A DNA stretch of 64,000 nucleotides from Nocardioidaceae bacterium. GTDB lineage: Bacteria > Actinomycetota > Actinomycetes > Propionibacteriales > Nocardioidaceae. The stretch is from the NCBI GenBank assembly GCA_035699605.1, contig DASSPN010000102.1:314-64313 (forward strand), given 5' to 3'. Positions within the stretch are counted from its first letter, which is position 1; each line of letters opens with the position of its first letter. The translations under genes and the position numbers were made by a program. Positions 8,649 to 17,807 of this stretch are shown here, piece after piece. Below the pieces are notes generated by a model. That model was not told where the DNA came from, did no database searches, and saw only the letters and a program-made list of their open reading frames with translations.

Positions 8649-8670
8649 CGGCCCACGCTAACTTGAGGGT

Positions 8671-8937
8671 GTGGACGACCAGCGTGTGCTCGACACCTTC
8701 GTGAAGGACGGTCGACTCGTCCTCATGCCCACCAAGCGCAGCAAGCGACTCGTCGTGCTCGACCACCTGGCGCAGCAGTTCGAGCCTGGGCTGACCTACG
8801 CCGAGGCGGAGGTCAACGCGATCCTGCAGGGCTTCTACGACGACTACGCCGCACTGCGTCGCTACCTCGTCGACGAGGGATTCCTGACCCGCGACGCAAA
8901 CGTGTACTGGCGCACCGGGGGCAGCTTCGCGTCGTGA
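8671..8937 (+). CDS. DUF2087-like small protein
   Basis: 88 aa, GTG start. The pattern LVLMPTKRSKRLVVLDHLAQQF...YDDYAALRRYLVDEGFL matches, from memory, DUF2087 proteins. Confidence 0.55.
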   Translation: MDDQRVLDTFVKDGRLVLMPTKRSKRLVVLDHLAQQFEPGLTYAEAEVNAILQGFYDDYAALRRYLVDEGFLTRDANVYWRTGGSFAS

Positions 8938-8939
8938 CC

Positions 8940-9551
8940 TCACGCGAGGCTCGACGCGAACCCCAGCCAGGTGTGCCGGTTGCCTGCCCAGCACCAGCCG
9001 ACCTTCGGTGCGCCCTTGCGTTCCTTGCCGTCGCGCCCGGTGCCCCCGCTGATCCAGATCGCCGGCGTCCTCGTGTCCAGCCCGGTGGACGTGGGCTTGC
9101 GCGAGCCGATCGTCATGAAGCAGTGGTTGGGCTGCAGCTGCTCGGGCTGCTGCAGCAGCCAGCTGATCCCCTCGTTGACCGTCAACGGCCGCCGACCTCG
9201 CGAGCGCAGCTCGGGAAGGGCCTCGTCCGGGCTCCAGTTCGCCAGGTCGTCACCGCGGTCGATGCCGTGCACGAGATAGAGCGGCGCGCTCGGCCCCGGC
9301 TCGATCGGCTCGAACGCGTCGAGGTCGTCCATGTCGACCACGACGAAGCCGGGCTTCCCACCCCGGGAGAGCAGCGGGGCGAGCAGGCTGGCCGCCACCA
9401 GTCTCGGGTGTACGGCGAGCACGGCGCTGTCGTCGTCGGGCACCAGGTCTCCGGCGAGCTTGCGCAGCTCCCCCTCGGTGACGCCGGCGAGGTCCGCCAC
9501 GCCGAGCTCGACCAGTCGTTCCACCTGCGCTGCCACCGGAGTCATCGCCAC
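8940..9551 (-). CDS. Conserved hypothetical protein (recalled as DUF5701-like)
   Basis: 203 aa with normal composition and no TM segment. The family name is from memory only. Confidence 0.55.
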   Translation of the reverse strand: MAMTPVAAQVERLVELGVADLAGVTEGELRKLAGDLVPDDDSAVLAVHPRLVAASLLAPLLSRGGKPGFVVVDMDDLDAFEPIEPGPSAPLYLVHGIDRGDDLANWSPDEALPELRSRGRRPLTVNEGISWLLQQPEQLQPNHCFMTIGSRKPTSTGLDTRTPAIWISGGTGRDGKERKGAPKVGWCWAGNRHTWLGFASSLA

Positions 9552-9571
9552 CTGACCACGGTAGCGACCGG

Positions 9572-10462
9572 GTGGTTACTGTCGGTCTCGTGAGCGACGA
9601 CATCACCGACGTCCCGGGTATCCGTGTGGGCCACTGGACCGACGACGTCGGGCTCACGGGTTGCACGGTGGTGCTGCTGCCGGAGGAGGGCGCCGTTGCC
9701 TCCGTGGATGTGCGGGGCGCGGCCCCCGGGACCCGTGAGACGGACCTCCTGCGCCCCGGCGCGACAGTGGAACGGGTGCACGCCCTCTGCCTCAGCGGGG
9801 GCTCCGCCTTCGGGCTCGGTGCGGCCGACGGCGTCATGGGCTACCTCGCGGAGCGCGGCGTCGGATTCCCCGTCGGCTCGGCGGTCGTGCCGATAGTGCC
9901 TGCCGCTGTCGTCTTCGACCTGGGCACCGGCAGCCCGACGGCCTTTCCGGACGCCGCCGGCGGCAGGCACGCGTGCGTCGACGCGGAGCCGGGGTCGCCG
10001 TGTGGCAGCGGGCGCTTCGGCGCCGGGACGGGTGCGACGGTCGGCAAGCTCCTCGGGCCTGACCAGGCTGTAGCAGGCGGAATCGGCAGCGCGTCGCAGG
10101 AGCTGTCGAACGGGGGTGTCGTCGGGGCGCTCGCCGTGGTGAACGCGTTCGGGAACGTCATCTCTGGGGACGGCGGGTTGCTCGCCGGAGTCGAGGGCAC
10201 ACCGGTGCCGCCCGGCATGGCCGGCAACACGACGCTCGTAGTGGTCGCTACCGACGTCGCCTTGACGAAGGACCAGGCCTACCGCCTGGCGACGGTCTCC
10301 CACGACGGGCTCGCCCGCGCGATCAGCCCGGTGCACACGTCGTACGACGGCGACACGGTGTTCGCCGTGTCCACCGGGGAGGCGGAGCAGGACCTGCTCA
10401 CCCTCGAGATCGCCGCGGCCGACGTGGTGGCTCGGGCGATCCGCAAGGCCGTCTCGACCTAG
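9572..10462 (+). CDS. P1 (S58/DmpA-like) family aminopeptidase
   Basis: ITDVPGIRVGHWTD, GLTGCTVVL, RGAAPGTRETDLL and a later NTTLVVVATD nucleophile region. The start could be 9572 or 9590 (both GTG). Confidence 0.8.
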   Translation: MVTVGLVSDDITDVPGIRVGHWTDDVGLTGCTVVLLPEEGAVASVDVRGAAPGTRETDLLRPGATVERVHALCLSGGSAFGLGAADGVMGYLAERGVGFPVGSAVVPIVPAAVVFDLGTGSPTAFPDAAGGRHACVDAEPGSPCGSGRFGAGTGATVGKLLGPDQAVAGGIGSASQELSNGGVVGALAVVNAFGNVISGDGGLLAGVEGTPVPPGMAGNTTLVVVATDVALTKDQAYRLATVSHDGLARAISPVHTSYDGDTVFAVSTGEAEQDLLTLEIAAADVVARAIRKAVST

Positions 10463-10674
10463 TCGCGCAGGCGACGCGCGGCCTGGACCAGGGTGATCTG
10501 GATGTCCCGGAGACCTCCGGCGACGTACTCGTCGAACGACAGGTTCGGCGGGATCTCCCGGGGGGCGGGGGTGTCGGTGGTGACCGGTGCGGCGGCCAGG
10601 GCGCTGTTCGTCCTGCGCCAGGCCACGCCGAACACCAGGCCCAGCAGGGCGAGGAGGAGAACGAAGGCCAGCAT
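10459..10674 (-). CDS. Small single-TM hypothetical protein
   Basis: 71 aa, N-terminal TM MLAFVLLLALLGLVFGVAW. Lies 37 nt downstream of cimA on the same strand. Confidence 0.45.
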   Translation of the reverse strand: MLAFVLLLALLGLVFGVAWRRTNSALAAAPVTTDTPAPREIPPNLSFDEYVAGGLRDIQITLVQAARRLRD

Positions 10675-10711
10675 GCCGTGCTATCGGCGGCGATCGCGGC
10701 GACCTGAGTGG

Positions 10712-12319
10712 TCAGGCCGGAGTCTCGCCGTGCCGCCTGAGCCCGAACGTCACGCCGTCCATGAGCGCCCCCCACGACGCCTCGATCACGTTGTGCCCGA
10801 CGCCGACGGTCACCCACGAGGACTCCCCGTCGGTGGTCTCGATCAGCACCCGCGTCACCGCGTCGGTGCCGTGGCCCTGGTCGAGGATGCGCACCTTGTA
10901 GTCGATCAGCTCGAACTTCGCGACCTCGGGGTACGCCTGCCCGATCGCCTGGCGCAGGGCGTGGTCCATCGCGTTGACCGGGCCGTTCCCCTCCCCCGTC
11001 ATCACGATCCGGGCGTCCCCGGCTCGCAGCTTGATGGTGGCTTCCGAGAGAGCCTCTTCACCCGGACGCGAGTCGGTGATCACCCGCCAGGACTCGACCT
11101 CGAAGTACGAGGGTCGGGTGCCGGTCACCTCCTCGACCAGCATCAGCTCGAAGCTGGCGTCGGCCGCCTCGAACGTGAAGCCGCGCGACTCGAGGTCCTT
11201 CACGCGGTTGGTGACGCGCGTGACCAGCTCCTTGTCGCCGGACAGGTCGAAGCCGAGCTCGGCACCCTTGAGCTCGATGGACGCCCGCCCCGCCATGTCG
11301 GAGACCAGCAGGCGCATGTCGTTGCCGACCCCGGCCGGGTCCATGTGCTGGTAGAGGTTCGGGTCGACCTTGATCGCGCTCGCGTGCAGGCCGGCCTTGT
11401 GCGCGAAGGCGCTGACGCCGACGTACGGCTGCCGGGATGCCGGTGGGAAGTTGGTCACCTCGGCGACCGCGTGGGCGATCCGTGTCGCATCGCGCAGCAG
11501 ACCCTCGGGCAGCACTTGACGGTCGAGCTTCAGCTCGAGGTTCGCCACCACCGAGATGAGGTCGGCGTTGCCGGTGCGCTCGCCGTACCCGTTGAGGGTG
11601 CCCTGGACGTGCGTCGCGCCGGCGTCGACGGCCGCCAGCGTGTTGGCAACGGCACACCCGGTGTCGTTGTGGCAGTGGATGCCCACTCGGACGCCGGTGG
11701 ACTCGAGCACGTCGTGCACCACGTCCGACACCCAGCCGGGCAGCATGCCGCCGTTGGTGTCGCACAGTGCGATCACCTCGGCCCCCGCGTCGTACGCCGT
11801 CCGCAGCACCTCGAGCGCGTAGGCCCGGTTGTCGCGGTAGCCGTCGAAGAAGTGCTCGGCGTCCAGGAAGACCGACTGGCCCTCCTCGCGCAGGTGCGTG
11901 ACGGTGTCGCGCACCATGGCGAGGTTCTCCTCGAGCGTGGTGCGCAGGGCGAGCTCGACGTGCCGGTCGTGCGACTTGGCCACGAGGGTGACGACGGACG
12001 CGCCGCTGTCGCGCAGCGCCGCGACGAGTGGGTCGTCGGCTGCCTTCACTCCCGCCCGGCGGGTCGCGCCGAACGCGGCGAGCTTCGCGTGCTTCAGGTC
12101 GAGCTCGCTCTGCGCCCGCCGGAAGAACTCGGTGTCCTTGGGGTTGGCTCCGGGCCAGCCCCCCTCGATGAAGCCGACACCGAGCGCGTCGATCTGCCGG
12201 GCGATGTTGAGCTTGTCGGCCACGGAGAGGTTGAGCCCCTCCTGCTGGGCGCCGTCGCGCAGCGTCGTGTCGTAGACGTGAAACCCGCTGTGGTCGGTCA
12301 CGGTCCCATCCTCGTTCAT
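10712..12319 (-). CDS. cimA: Citramalate synthase (2-isopropylmalate synthase/homocitrate synthase family)
   Basis: [54 protein letters not shown] plus a C-terminal LeuA-dimer-like domain, about 535 aa. Start set at ATG 12319 because the ORF-track start (12349) would overlap the upstream U-tract. Confidence 0.85.
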   Translation of the reverse strand: MNEDGTVTDHSGFHVYDTTLRDGAQQEGLNLSVADKLNIARQIDALGVGFIEGGWPGANPKDTEFFRRAQSELDLKHAKLAAFGATRRAGVKAADDPLVAALRDSGASVVTLVAKSHDRHVELALRTTLEENLAMVRDTVTHLREEGQSVFLDAEHFFDGYRDNRAYALEVLRTAYDAGAEVIALCDTNGGMLPGWVSDVVHDVLESTGVRVGIHCHNDTGCAVANTLAAVDAGATHVQGTLNGYGERTGNADLISVVANLELKLDRQVLPEGLLRDATRIAHAVAEVTNFPPASRQPYVGVSAFAHKAGLHASAIKVDPNLYQHMDPAGVGNDMRLLVSDMAGRASIELKGAELGFDLSGDKELVTRVTNRVKDLESRGFTFEAADASFELMLVEEVTGTRPSYFEVESWRVITDSRPGEEALSEATIKLRAGDARIVMTGEGNGPVNAMDHALRQAIGQAYPEVAKFELIDYKVRILDQGHGTDAVTRVLIETTDGESSWVTVGVGHNVIEASWGALMDGVTFGLRRHGETPA

Positions 12320-12347
12320 CGATGTCGGTCGAAGCGTGTGGGGCAAC

Positions 12348-12400
12348 AAAAAAACCTCCCGTCGGGACGAGAGGTCAGCGCGCCGGGAGGTCCTGGCGCG
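12348..12400 (-). terminator. Attenuator RNA: alternative hairpins ending in CGGGAGG + U7
   Basis: Minus strand reads CGCGCC-n10-GGCGCG, then CCTCCCG and CCTCTCG arms that can each pair with CGGGAGG, followed by TTTTTTT (12354-12348). It ends 28 nt upstream of the cimA ATG. Confidence 0.65.
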
Positions 12401-12478
12401 CTACTGAATAATGATCAGGCTCTGCTGCACGAGGCTCAGTCTGCCAGATGCCTGCACCGCCGGAGACGGAAGTCTCAT
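12401..12478 (-). CDS. Candidate Ile-rich leader peptide (MRLPSPAVQASGRLSLVQQSLIIIQ)
   Basis: ATG at 12478 and TAG at 12403-12401. Three consecutive Ile codons (ATC ATT ATT) lie one codon before the stop, immediately 5' of the attenuator hairpins. Confidence 0.6.
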   Translation of the reverse strand: MRLPSPAVQASGRLSLVQQSLIIIQ

Positions 12479-12501
12479 GGTGCGTCTGATTAGCATGAGG
12501 A

Positions 12502-13299
12502 GTGCGCGTCGAGGTGCGAGGCCAGACCATCTCCTTCGAGCGCGCCGGGAGCGGGCCGGTCGTGGTCCTGGCACACGGCTTCGTCGGCGACGCCCGTTCC
12601 ACGTGGGGCAGCCAGATTGACGCACTCTCGGACGAGTTCACCGTGATCGCCTGGGATGCTCCTGGGGCAGGTGGGTCCAGCGACCCTCGTGAAGACATCG
12701 GCATGGACGGCTACGTCGACGCGTTGGGGGGCCTGCTCGGTGCGCTGGGCGTGGACCGGGCCCACCTCGTCGGTCTCTCGTTCGGCGCTGCCCTCGTGCT
12801 CGCCCTGTTCCACCGACAGCGGGCACTCGCGTCGTCGCTCACCCTCGTGAGCGGGTACGCCGGATGGGTCGGCTCCCTGGGTGTCGAGGAGGCGGAGTCG
12901 AGGCTGTCGCGCTCGCTCGAGGTGTCTCGCCTGCCCGCCGACGAGTTCGTGGCCGCGATGGCGCCGTCGATGTTCTCGCCGTCGGCCGAAGGCCACCTCA
13001 GGGACGTCTTCCTCGAGAGCGTTCGCGCGTTCCGGCCCGTCGGCTTCCGCGCCATGGCGCGAGCGAGCTACCCCGACCAGAGGCATGTCCTCGCCGAGGT
13101 CGACGTACCGACGCTGCTGATCTACGCGGACCACGACGTGCGCGCGCCGGTATCGACCGGGGAGGCACTGCACGGCGCCATACCGGGGTCCGAGCTCATC
13201 GTCCTGCGCGGACCGGGCCATGCGAGTCCGGTCGAGGCAGGTGACGAGGTCACCGGCGCTCTACGGCGGTTCCTGCGATCGGTCGAGCAGGGCTCCTAA
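12502..13299 (+). CDS. Alpha/beta-fold hydrolase
   Basis: VVLAHGFVGD and the nucleophile elbow LVGLSFGA, with a C-terminal GPGHASP. 265 aa. Confidence 0.8.
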   Translation: MRVEVRGQTISFERAGSGPVVVLAHGFVGDARSTWGSQIDALSDEFTVIAWDAPGAGGSSDPREDIGMDGYVDALGGLLGALGVDRAHLVGLSFGAALVLALFHRQRALASSLTLVSGYAGWVGSLGVEEAESRLSRSLEVSRLPADEFVAAMAPSMFSPSAEGHLRDVFLESVRAFRPVGFRAMARASYPDQRHVLAEVDVPTLLIYADHDVRAPVSTGEALHGAIPGSELIVLRGPGHASPVEAGDEVTGALRRFLRSVEQGS

Positions 13300-14384
13300 C
13301 AGACTCGATGCATCCAGTTGAACGTGTCCTCGGCCCGGCCGTACTGGATGTCGACCAGCGCCTGGCGGATCGCCGTGGTGACCGGGCCCGTCTCCTCGCC
13401 GGTCGAGACCTGCCCGTCCGCCCAGGCGAGGGTGCCGACGGGGGTGACCACGGCCGCCGTACCGCAGGCGAAGACCTCGGTGATGCGACCGGACTCCACG
13501 CCCTCACGCCACTCGTCGATGGAGAAGCGACGCTCCTCGACCTTGTGCCCCAGCGTGCCCGCGAGCTCGATGATGGAGCTTCGAGTGATGCCCTCGAGGA
13601 TGGTGCCGGTGAGCTCGGGCGTCACGATGGTGCCGTCGTCGTGGACGAAGTACAGGTTCATGCCACCGAGCTCCTCGACCCACTTGTGCTCGAAGGCGTC
13701 GAGGAACACCACCTGGTCGAAGCCCTTGTCGATGGCCTCCTGCTGCGCGACCAGCGAGGAGGCGTAGTTGCCGCCGGTCTTGGCCGCACCCATGCCCCCG
13801 GTCGCCGCGCGCGTGTAGCTCTCGCTGACGAGGATCGACACGGGCTTGAGGCCCTTGGCGAAGTACGCCCCCGCCGGGCTGGCGATGACCATGTAGGTCA
13901 CGTGCTTGGCGGGCCGGACACCGAGGAAGGTCTCCGAGGCGAACATGAAGGGGCGCAGGTAGAGGCTCTTCTCCCCCGCCGGGTCCGGCACCCACCGCTG
14001 GTCCTGCGTCACCAGCGCGTCGACGCTGGCCACGAAGTCCTCGACCGGCAGCTCGGGCAGGGCGAGCCGGTGGCTGGACCGGAGCATGCGCTGGCCGTTG
14101 GCCTCAGGACGGAACGTCCACACCGAGCCGTCCGCGTGTCGGTAGGCCTTCATGCCCTCGAAGATCTCCTGGGCGTAGTGCAGCACCGCGGTCGCCGGGT
14201 CGAGGGTGATCGGCCCGTACGCCTCTACCCGCGCGTTCGCCCAGCCCGTCTCCGGCGTCCACTCGGTGACGAACATGTGGTCGGTGAAATGGGTGCCGAA
14301 GCCGGGGTTCGCGAGGATCTCGGCCAGGCGGTCGTCGCCGGTGAGGTCGGCGCGGGGCGAGACGGTGATGTCCATGAGGTGCAC
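13296..14384 (-). CDS. ilvE: Branched-chain amino acid aminotransferase
   Basis: GFGTHFTDHM, AVLHYAQEIFEGMKAY, YLRPF and GGNYASSL match class IV BCAT. The start may be the internal MDITV (14375). Confidence 0.9.
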   Translation of the reverse strand: MHLMDITVSPRADLTGDDRLAEILANPGFGTHFTDHMFVTEWTPETGWANARVEAYGPITLDPATAVLHYAQEIFEGMKAYRHADGSVWTFRPEANGQRMLRSSHRLALPELPVEDFVASVDALVTQDQRWVPDPAGEKSLYLRPFMFASETFLGVRPAKHVTYMVIASPAGAYFAKGLKPVSILVSESYTRAATGGMGAAKTGGNYASSLVAQQEAIDKGFDQVVFLDAFEHKWVEELGGMNLYFVHDDGTIVTPELTGTILEGITRSSIIELAGTLGHKVEERRFSIDEWREGVESGRITEVFACGTAAVVTPVGTLAWADGQVSTGEETGPVTTAIRQALVDIQYGRAEDTFNWMHRVC

Positions 14385-14423
14385 GGTACCTAACTGTGAG
14401 GTGGGTGGAGCAGGGCTGAGGGG

Positions 14424-15473
14424 TCAGCCGGCTACTCGGGCGGCGATGGCGTCGCCCACCTCTGCGGTGCTCCGGGCACCGGTCCGCTCGGACAGGTCGG
14501 CGATGACGGCGTCCTCGATCTTCTGCGCGGCCTCGTCGAGCCCCAGGTGCTCGAGCATCAGCGCCGTGCTGAGGATCGCCGCCGTCGGGTCGGCCTTCTG
14601 CTGACCCGCGATGTCGGGGGCCGAGCCGTGGACGGGCTCGAACATGCTGGGCGCGGTGCGGTCCGGGTTGACGTTGCCGCTGGCCGCGAGGCCGATACCA
14701 CCTGTGATGGCCGCGGCGAGGTCGGTGATGATGTCACCGAAGAGGTTGTCGGTGACGATCACGTCGAAGCGCGACGGGTCCGTGGTCATGAAGATCGTGG
14801 CCGCGTCGATGTGCAGGTAGTCCACCGACACCTGGGGGAACTCGGCCGCGACCTCGTCGACGAGGCGCGACCACACGGCGCCGGCGTTCACGAGCACGTT
14901 GGTCTTGTGGACCAGCGTGAGCTTCTTCCGCTCGCGCTTGGCCGCACGCGCGAAGGCGTCGCGCACGACGCGCTCGACGCCGAACGCGGTGTTGACGCTG
15001 ACCTCGGTCGCGATCTCAGCAGGCGTCCCCACGCGCAGCGCCCCGCCGTTGCCGGTGTAGGGCCCCTCGGTGCCCTCGCGGACGACGACGAAGTCGACCT
15101 CGCCAGGGTTCGCCAGGGGCGACGTCACGCCGGGGAAGATGCGCGACGGACGCAGGTTGACGTAGTGGTCGAGCTCGAAGCGCAGCCGCAGCAGCAGACC
15201 GCGCTCGAGGATCCCGGGTGGGAGGTTCGGGTCACCCGGCTTGCCGCCGACCGCGCCGAGCAGGATGGCGTCGTGCTCGCGGATCTCGGCCAGCACGGAG
15301 TCAGGCAGCACCTCGCCGGTGGCGAGGTAGCGCTCGGCCCCGAGGTCGTAGCGGGTGGACTCGAACTTGGCGTCAGCCGGGGCCGCCTGCTCGAGGACCT
15401 TGAGGGCCTCGGCGGTGACCTCCGGACCGATGCCGTCGCCGGGGATCACGGCGAGACGGTAGGTCTGGGTCAT
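14424..15473 (-). CDS. leuB: 3-isopropylmalate dehydrogenase
   Basis: [31 protein letters not shown] and GSAPDIAGQ motifs. 349 aa. Confidence 0.9.
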   Translation of the reverse strand: MTQTYRLAVIPGDGIGPEVTAEALKVLEQAAPADAKFESTRYDLGAERYLATGEVLPDSVLAEIREHDAILLGAVGGKPGDPNLPPGILERGLLLRLRFELDHYVNLRPSRIFPGVTSPLANPGEVDFVVVREGTEGPYTGNGGALRVGTPAEIATEVSVNTAFGVERVVRDAFARAAKRERKKLTLVHKTNVLVNAGAVWSRLVDEVAAEFPQVSVDYLHIDAATIFMTTDPSRFDVIVTDNLFGDIITDLAAAITGGIGLAASGNVNPDRTAPSMFEPVHGSAPDIAGQQKADPTAAILSTALMLEHLGLDEAAQKIEDAVIADLSERTGARSTAEVGDAIAARVAG

Positions 15474-15483
15474 ACGTCAGAAC

Positions 15484-15630
15484 CTAGTTGTCGTCCGGGC
15501 GCTGACCGTCCGCGTCTCGCAGGTCGAGTGCATCCTGCAAGAACTGCAGCAGGGGCTCCCGGTCGCGGGTCAGGGTGTCGAGGGGTTCGCGGTGTCGGGC
15601 CGGACCCCAGTCGGGGTACATGTCGTACAT
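15484..15630 (-). CDS. Candidate 48-aa ORF immediately upstream of leuB
   Basis: ATG 15630 is preceded by AGGAG at about -8. Sequence MYDMYPDWGPARHREPLDTLTRDREPLLQFLQDALDLRDADGQRPDDN. The stop lies 10 nt before the leuB start. No family recognised. Confidence 0.35.
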   Translation of the reverse strand: MYDMYPDWGPARHREPLDTLTRDREPLLQFLQDALDLRDADGQRPDDN

Positions 15631-16033
15631 GGGACTGCTCCTGAAGGTGAGATCGAGTGGTCGTGCAGCGGATCCCTGGATGTGGATCATGAGTAAGGAG
15701 TGCTCCGCTGCGGGTCCGGATACCTCGGCCTCAGGAGCGGGTCTCGCTCGCAGAAGGGGGTCTTCCCGAAGGGCAGATGTGCGGTGCTCGCTTCGCACGC
15801 TGCGGAGGATCTTCGTAGGCCGGGAAAGCACGAACTCCGCAGCGAGGGGGCCTAGAGAATGGCCTCGCTACGGCGATCGATGAGTACTACGAAGATGCTC
15901 CGCATGGTGAGACCACGGTAACGGCCTCACGTTCTCACCGCCCGCGCTTTGCGGGAACTTTCCGCGGAGTGAGACGACGTCTCGGATCCCGGTCTTTCCC
16001 GGGGCGTCTTTACCCGGATGCGAGACTCGCAGC

Positions 16034-16600
16034 ATGAGCGCACCCCCCGAGCTCCCCGCGGTCGTCTCCCGCGCCTTCGACGTGTCCCGCCGTCACGGCT
16101 ACGCGTCGTTCTGCCGCAACGAGACGGGTCGGCTGCTGGCGACCCTCGCAGCGACCCGCGAGGGCACCCTCGCCGAGTTCGGCACCGGGACCGGAGTGGG
16201 CACGGCGTGGCTGCGCAGCGGGATCCGCAACGGCGCCAGGATCCTGACCGCGGAGCTGGACCGCAAGCTCGCCGGTGCGGCCGCCGAGATCTTCAGCGAC
16301 GACGAGCAGGTCGAGGTGGTGGCGGCCGACTGGTCGACCCTCCGCGACCGCGGGCCGTTCTCGCTGCTCTTCCTCGACGCGCGCGAGCCGAAGGACAGCG
16401 GCGCCGACACCGTCGTCGACCTGGTCGAGCCCGGGGGCGTCGTGGTGCTCGACGACTTCACCCCCTGCGAGTCCTGGCCGCCGGTGTACGGCGGGCGGGT
16501 CGACGTGCTGCGGGAGCAGTGGCTGACCGACGAGCGGTTCACCACCGTCGAGGTGATGGTCGCCCAGGACACGAGCGTCCTGATCGCCACGAAGCGATAG
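16034..16600 (+). CDS. Class I SAM-dependent (O-)methyltransferase
   Basis: The glycine-rich SAM loop EFGTGTGVGTAW and acidic loop ILTAELD, followed by LLFLDA. 188 aa. Confidence 0.75.
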   Translation: MSAPPELPAVVSRAFDVSRRHGYASFCRNETGRLLATLAATREGTLAEFGTGTGVGTAWLRSGIRNGARILTAELDRKLAGAAAEIFSDDEQVEVVAADWSTLRDRGPFSLLFLDAREPKDSGADTVVDLVEPGGVVVLDDFTPCESWPPVYGGRVDVLREQWLTDERFTTVEVMVAQDTSVLIATKR

Positions 16601-16610
16601 GTTGCGGCCC

Positions 16611-17771
16611 ATGAGGGCTGTCACCTGCACCGACTCCAAGCTCGAGGTCGTCGACCTTCCTGACCCCGTGGCGGCTGAGGGCCAGCTCCTGCTGGAGGTC
16701 ACGCGCACCGGCATCTGCGGTTCCGACCTGCACGCACGGCACCACGCCGACGAACTCGCCGACGTGACGGCCGAGATCGGCTACGAGGGCATGATGCGCT
16801 CCCACCAGTCGGTGGTGCTCGGCCACGAGTTCAGCGGCACCGTCCTCGAGCACGGGCCCAGGACCCGGACGCGCTACCGGTCCGGCACGGCCGTCGTCGC
16901 GATGCCCCTCATCCGGCACGGCGACCAAGTGCACACCACGGGGCTGTCCGCCCAGGCTCCCGGGGCGTACGCCGAGCGCGTGCTCGTCCAGGAGGTCCTC
17001 ACCTTCCCGGTGCCCAACGGCCTGTCGCCCGAGCTCGCCGCCCTCACCGAGCCGATGGCAGTGGGCCTGCACGCCGTACGCCGAGGCCAGGTCGGCAAAG
17101 GTCGCGTCGCCGTCGTGATCGGCTGCGGACCGGTCGGCCTCGCCGTGATCGCCATGCTGAAGGCCCAGGGCGTCCGGCACGTCATCGCGAGCGACTTCTC
17201 GGCCGGACGCCGGGCACTTGCGGAGGCAATGGGCGCGGACCTCGTGGTGAGTCCCGACGCGGAGTCTCCTTTCGCCACCGCCCGTGAGCACGGCCACCTG
17301 ACCCAGGCGTCCCAGGTGTTCGACCTCGCCGTCGACGGGATGGGCAAGCTGACAAGGCTCCCCCGGTGGTGGCACGCCTACCGCGCGGCCGAGAAGGCGG
17401 GCCTGGCCTCGCCCAAGAGCCCGGTGGTCTTCGAGTGCGTCGGCGTGCCCGGCATGATCGACCGGGTGGTCAGCGACGCACCCCTCGCGACCCGCGTCGT
17501 GGTGGTCGGGGTCTGCATGGGGAACGACACGATCCGGCCGGCGATGGCGATCAACAAGGAGATCGACCTGCGGTTCGTGCTGGGCTACACACCGCTGGAC
17601 TTCCGCGACGCGCTGCACCTGCTCGCCGAGGGCAAGGTGGACGCTGCACCGCTCGTCACGGGCGAGGTGGGGCTGTCCGGGGTCGAGGCGGCCTTCGCCG
17701 CGCTCGCCGATCCGGAGACGCACGCCAAGATCCTGATCGACCCTCGAAGCGACGCCGCGTTCCCTGCCTGA
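16611..17771 (+). CDS. Zinc-binding medium-chain alcohol dehydrogenase/reductase
   Basis: GICGSDLH, LGHEFSG and the Rossmann loop VIGCGPVGL. The ATG at 16611 is preferred over the TTG at 16602. Confidence 0.8.
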   Translation: MRAVTCTDSKLEVVDLPDPVAAEGQLLLEVTRTGICGSDLHARHHADELADVTAEIGYEGMMRSHQSVVLGHEFSGTVLEHGPRTRTRYRSGTAVVAMPLIRHGDQVHTTGLSAQAPGAYAERVLVQEVLTFPVPNGLSPELAALTEPMAVGLHAVRRGQVGKGRVAVVIGCGPVGLAVIAMLKAQGVRHVIASDFSAGRRALAEAMGADLVVSPDAESPFATAREHGHLTQASQVFDLAVDGMGKLTRLPRWWHAYRAAEKAGLASPKSPVVFECVGVPGMIDRVVSDAPLATRVVVVGVCMGNDTIRPAMAINKEIDLRFVLGYTPLDFRDALHLLAEGKVDAAPLVTGEVGLSGVEAAFAALADPETHAKILIDPRSDAAFPA

Positions 17772-17807
17772 AACATCCCTGTAGCAGAACCCGCCTAGCC
17801 TCCGGTC

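Noticed and set aside
10493-12493. 666-aa plus-strand ORF
   Set aside because: It is exactly antisense to cimA, which has unambiguous HMGL-like motifs. Its composition is Arg/Val/Gly/Asp-rich nonsense.
12401-12625. 74-aa minus-strand ORF as a real protein
   Set aside because: Its first 49 codons overlap the start of the alpha/beta hydrolase gene in antisense and are Arg-rich. Only the last 25 codons (from ATG 12478) are considered, as a leader peptide.
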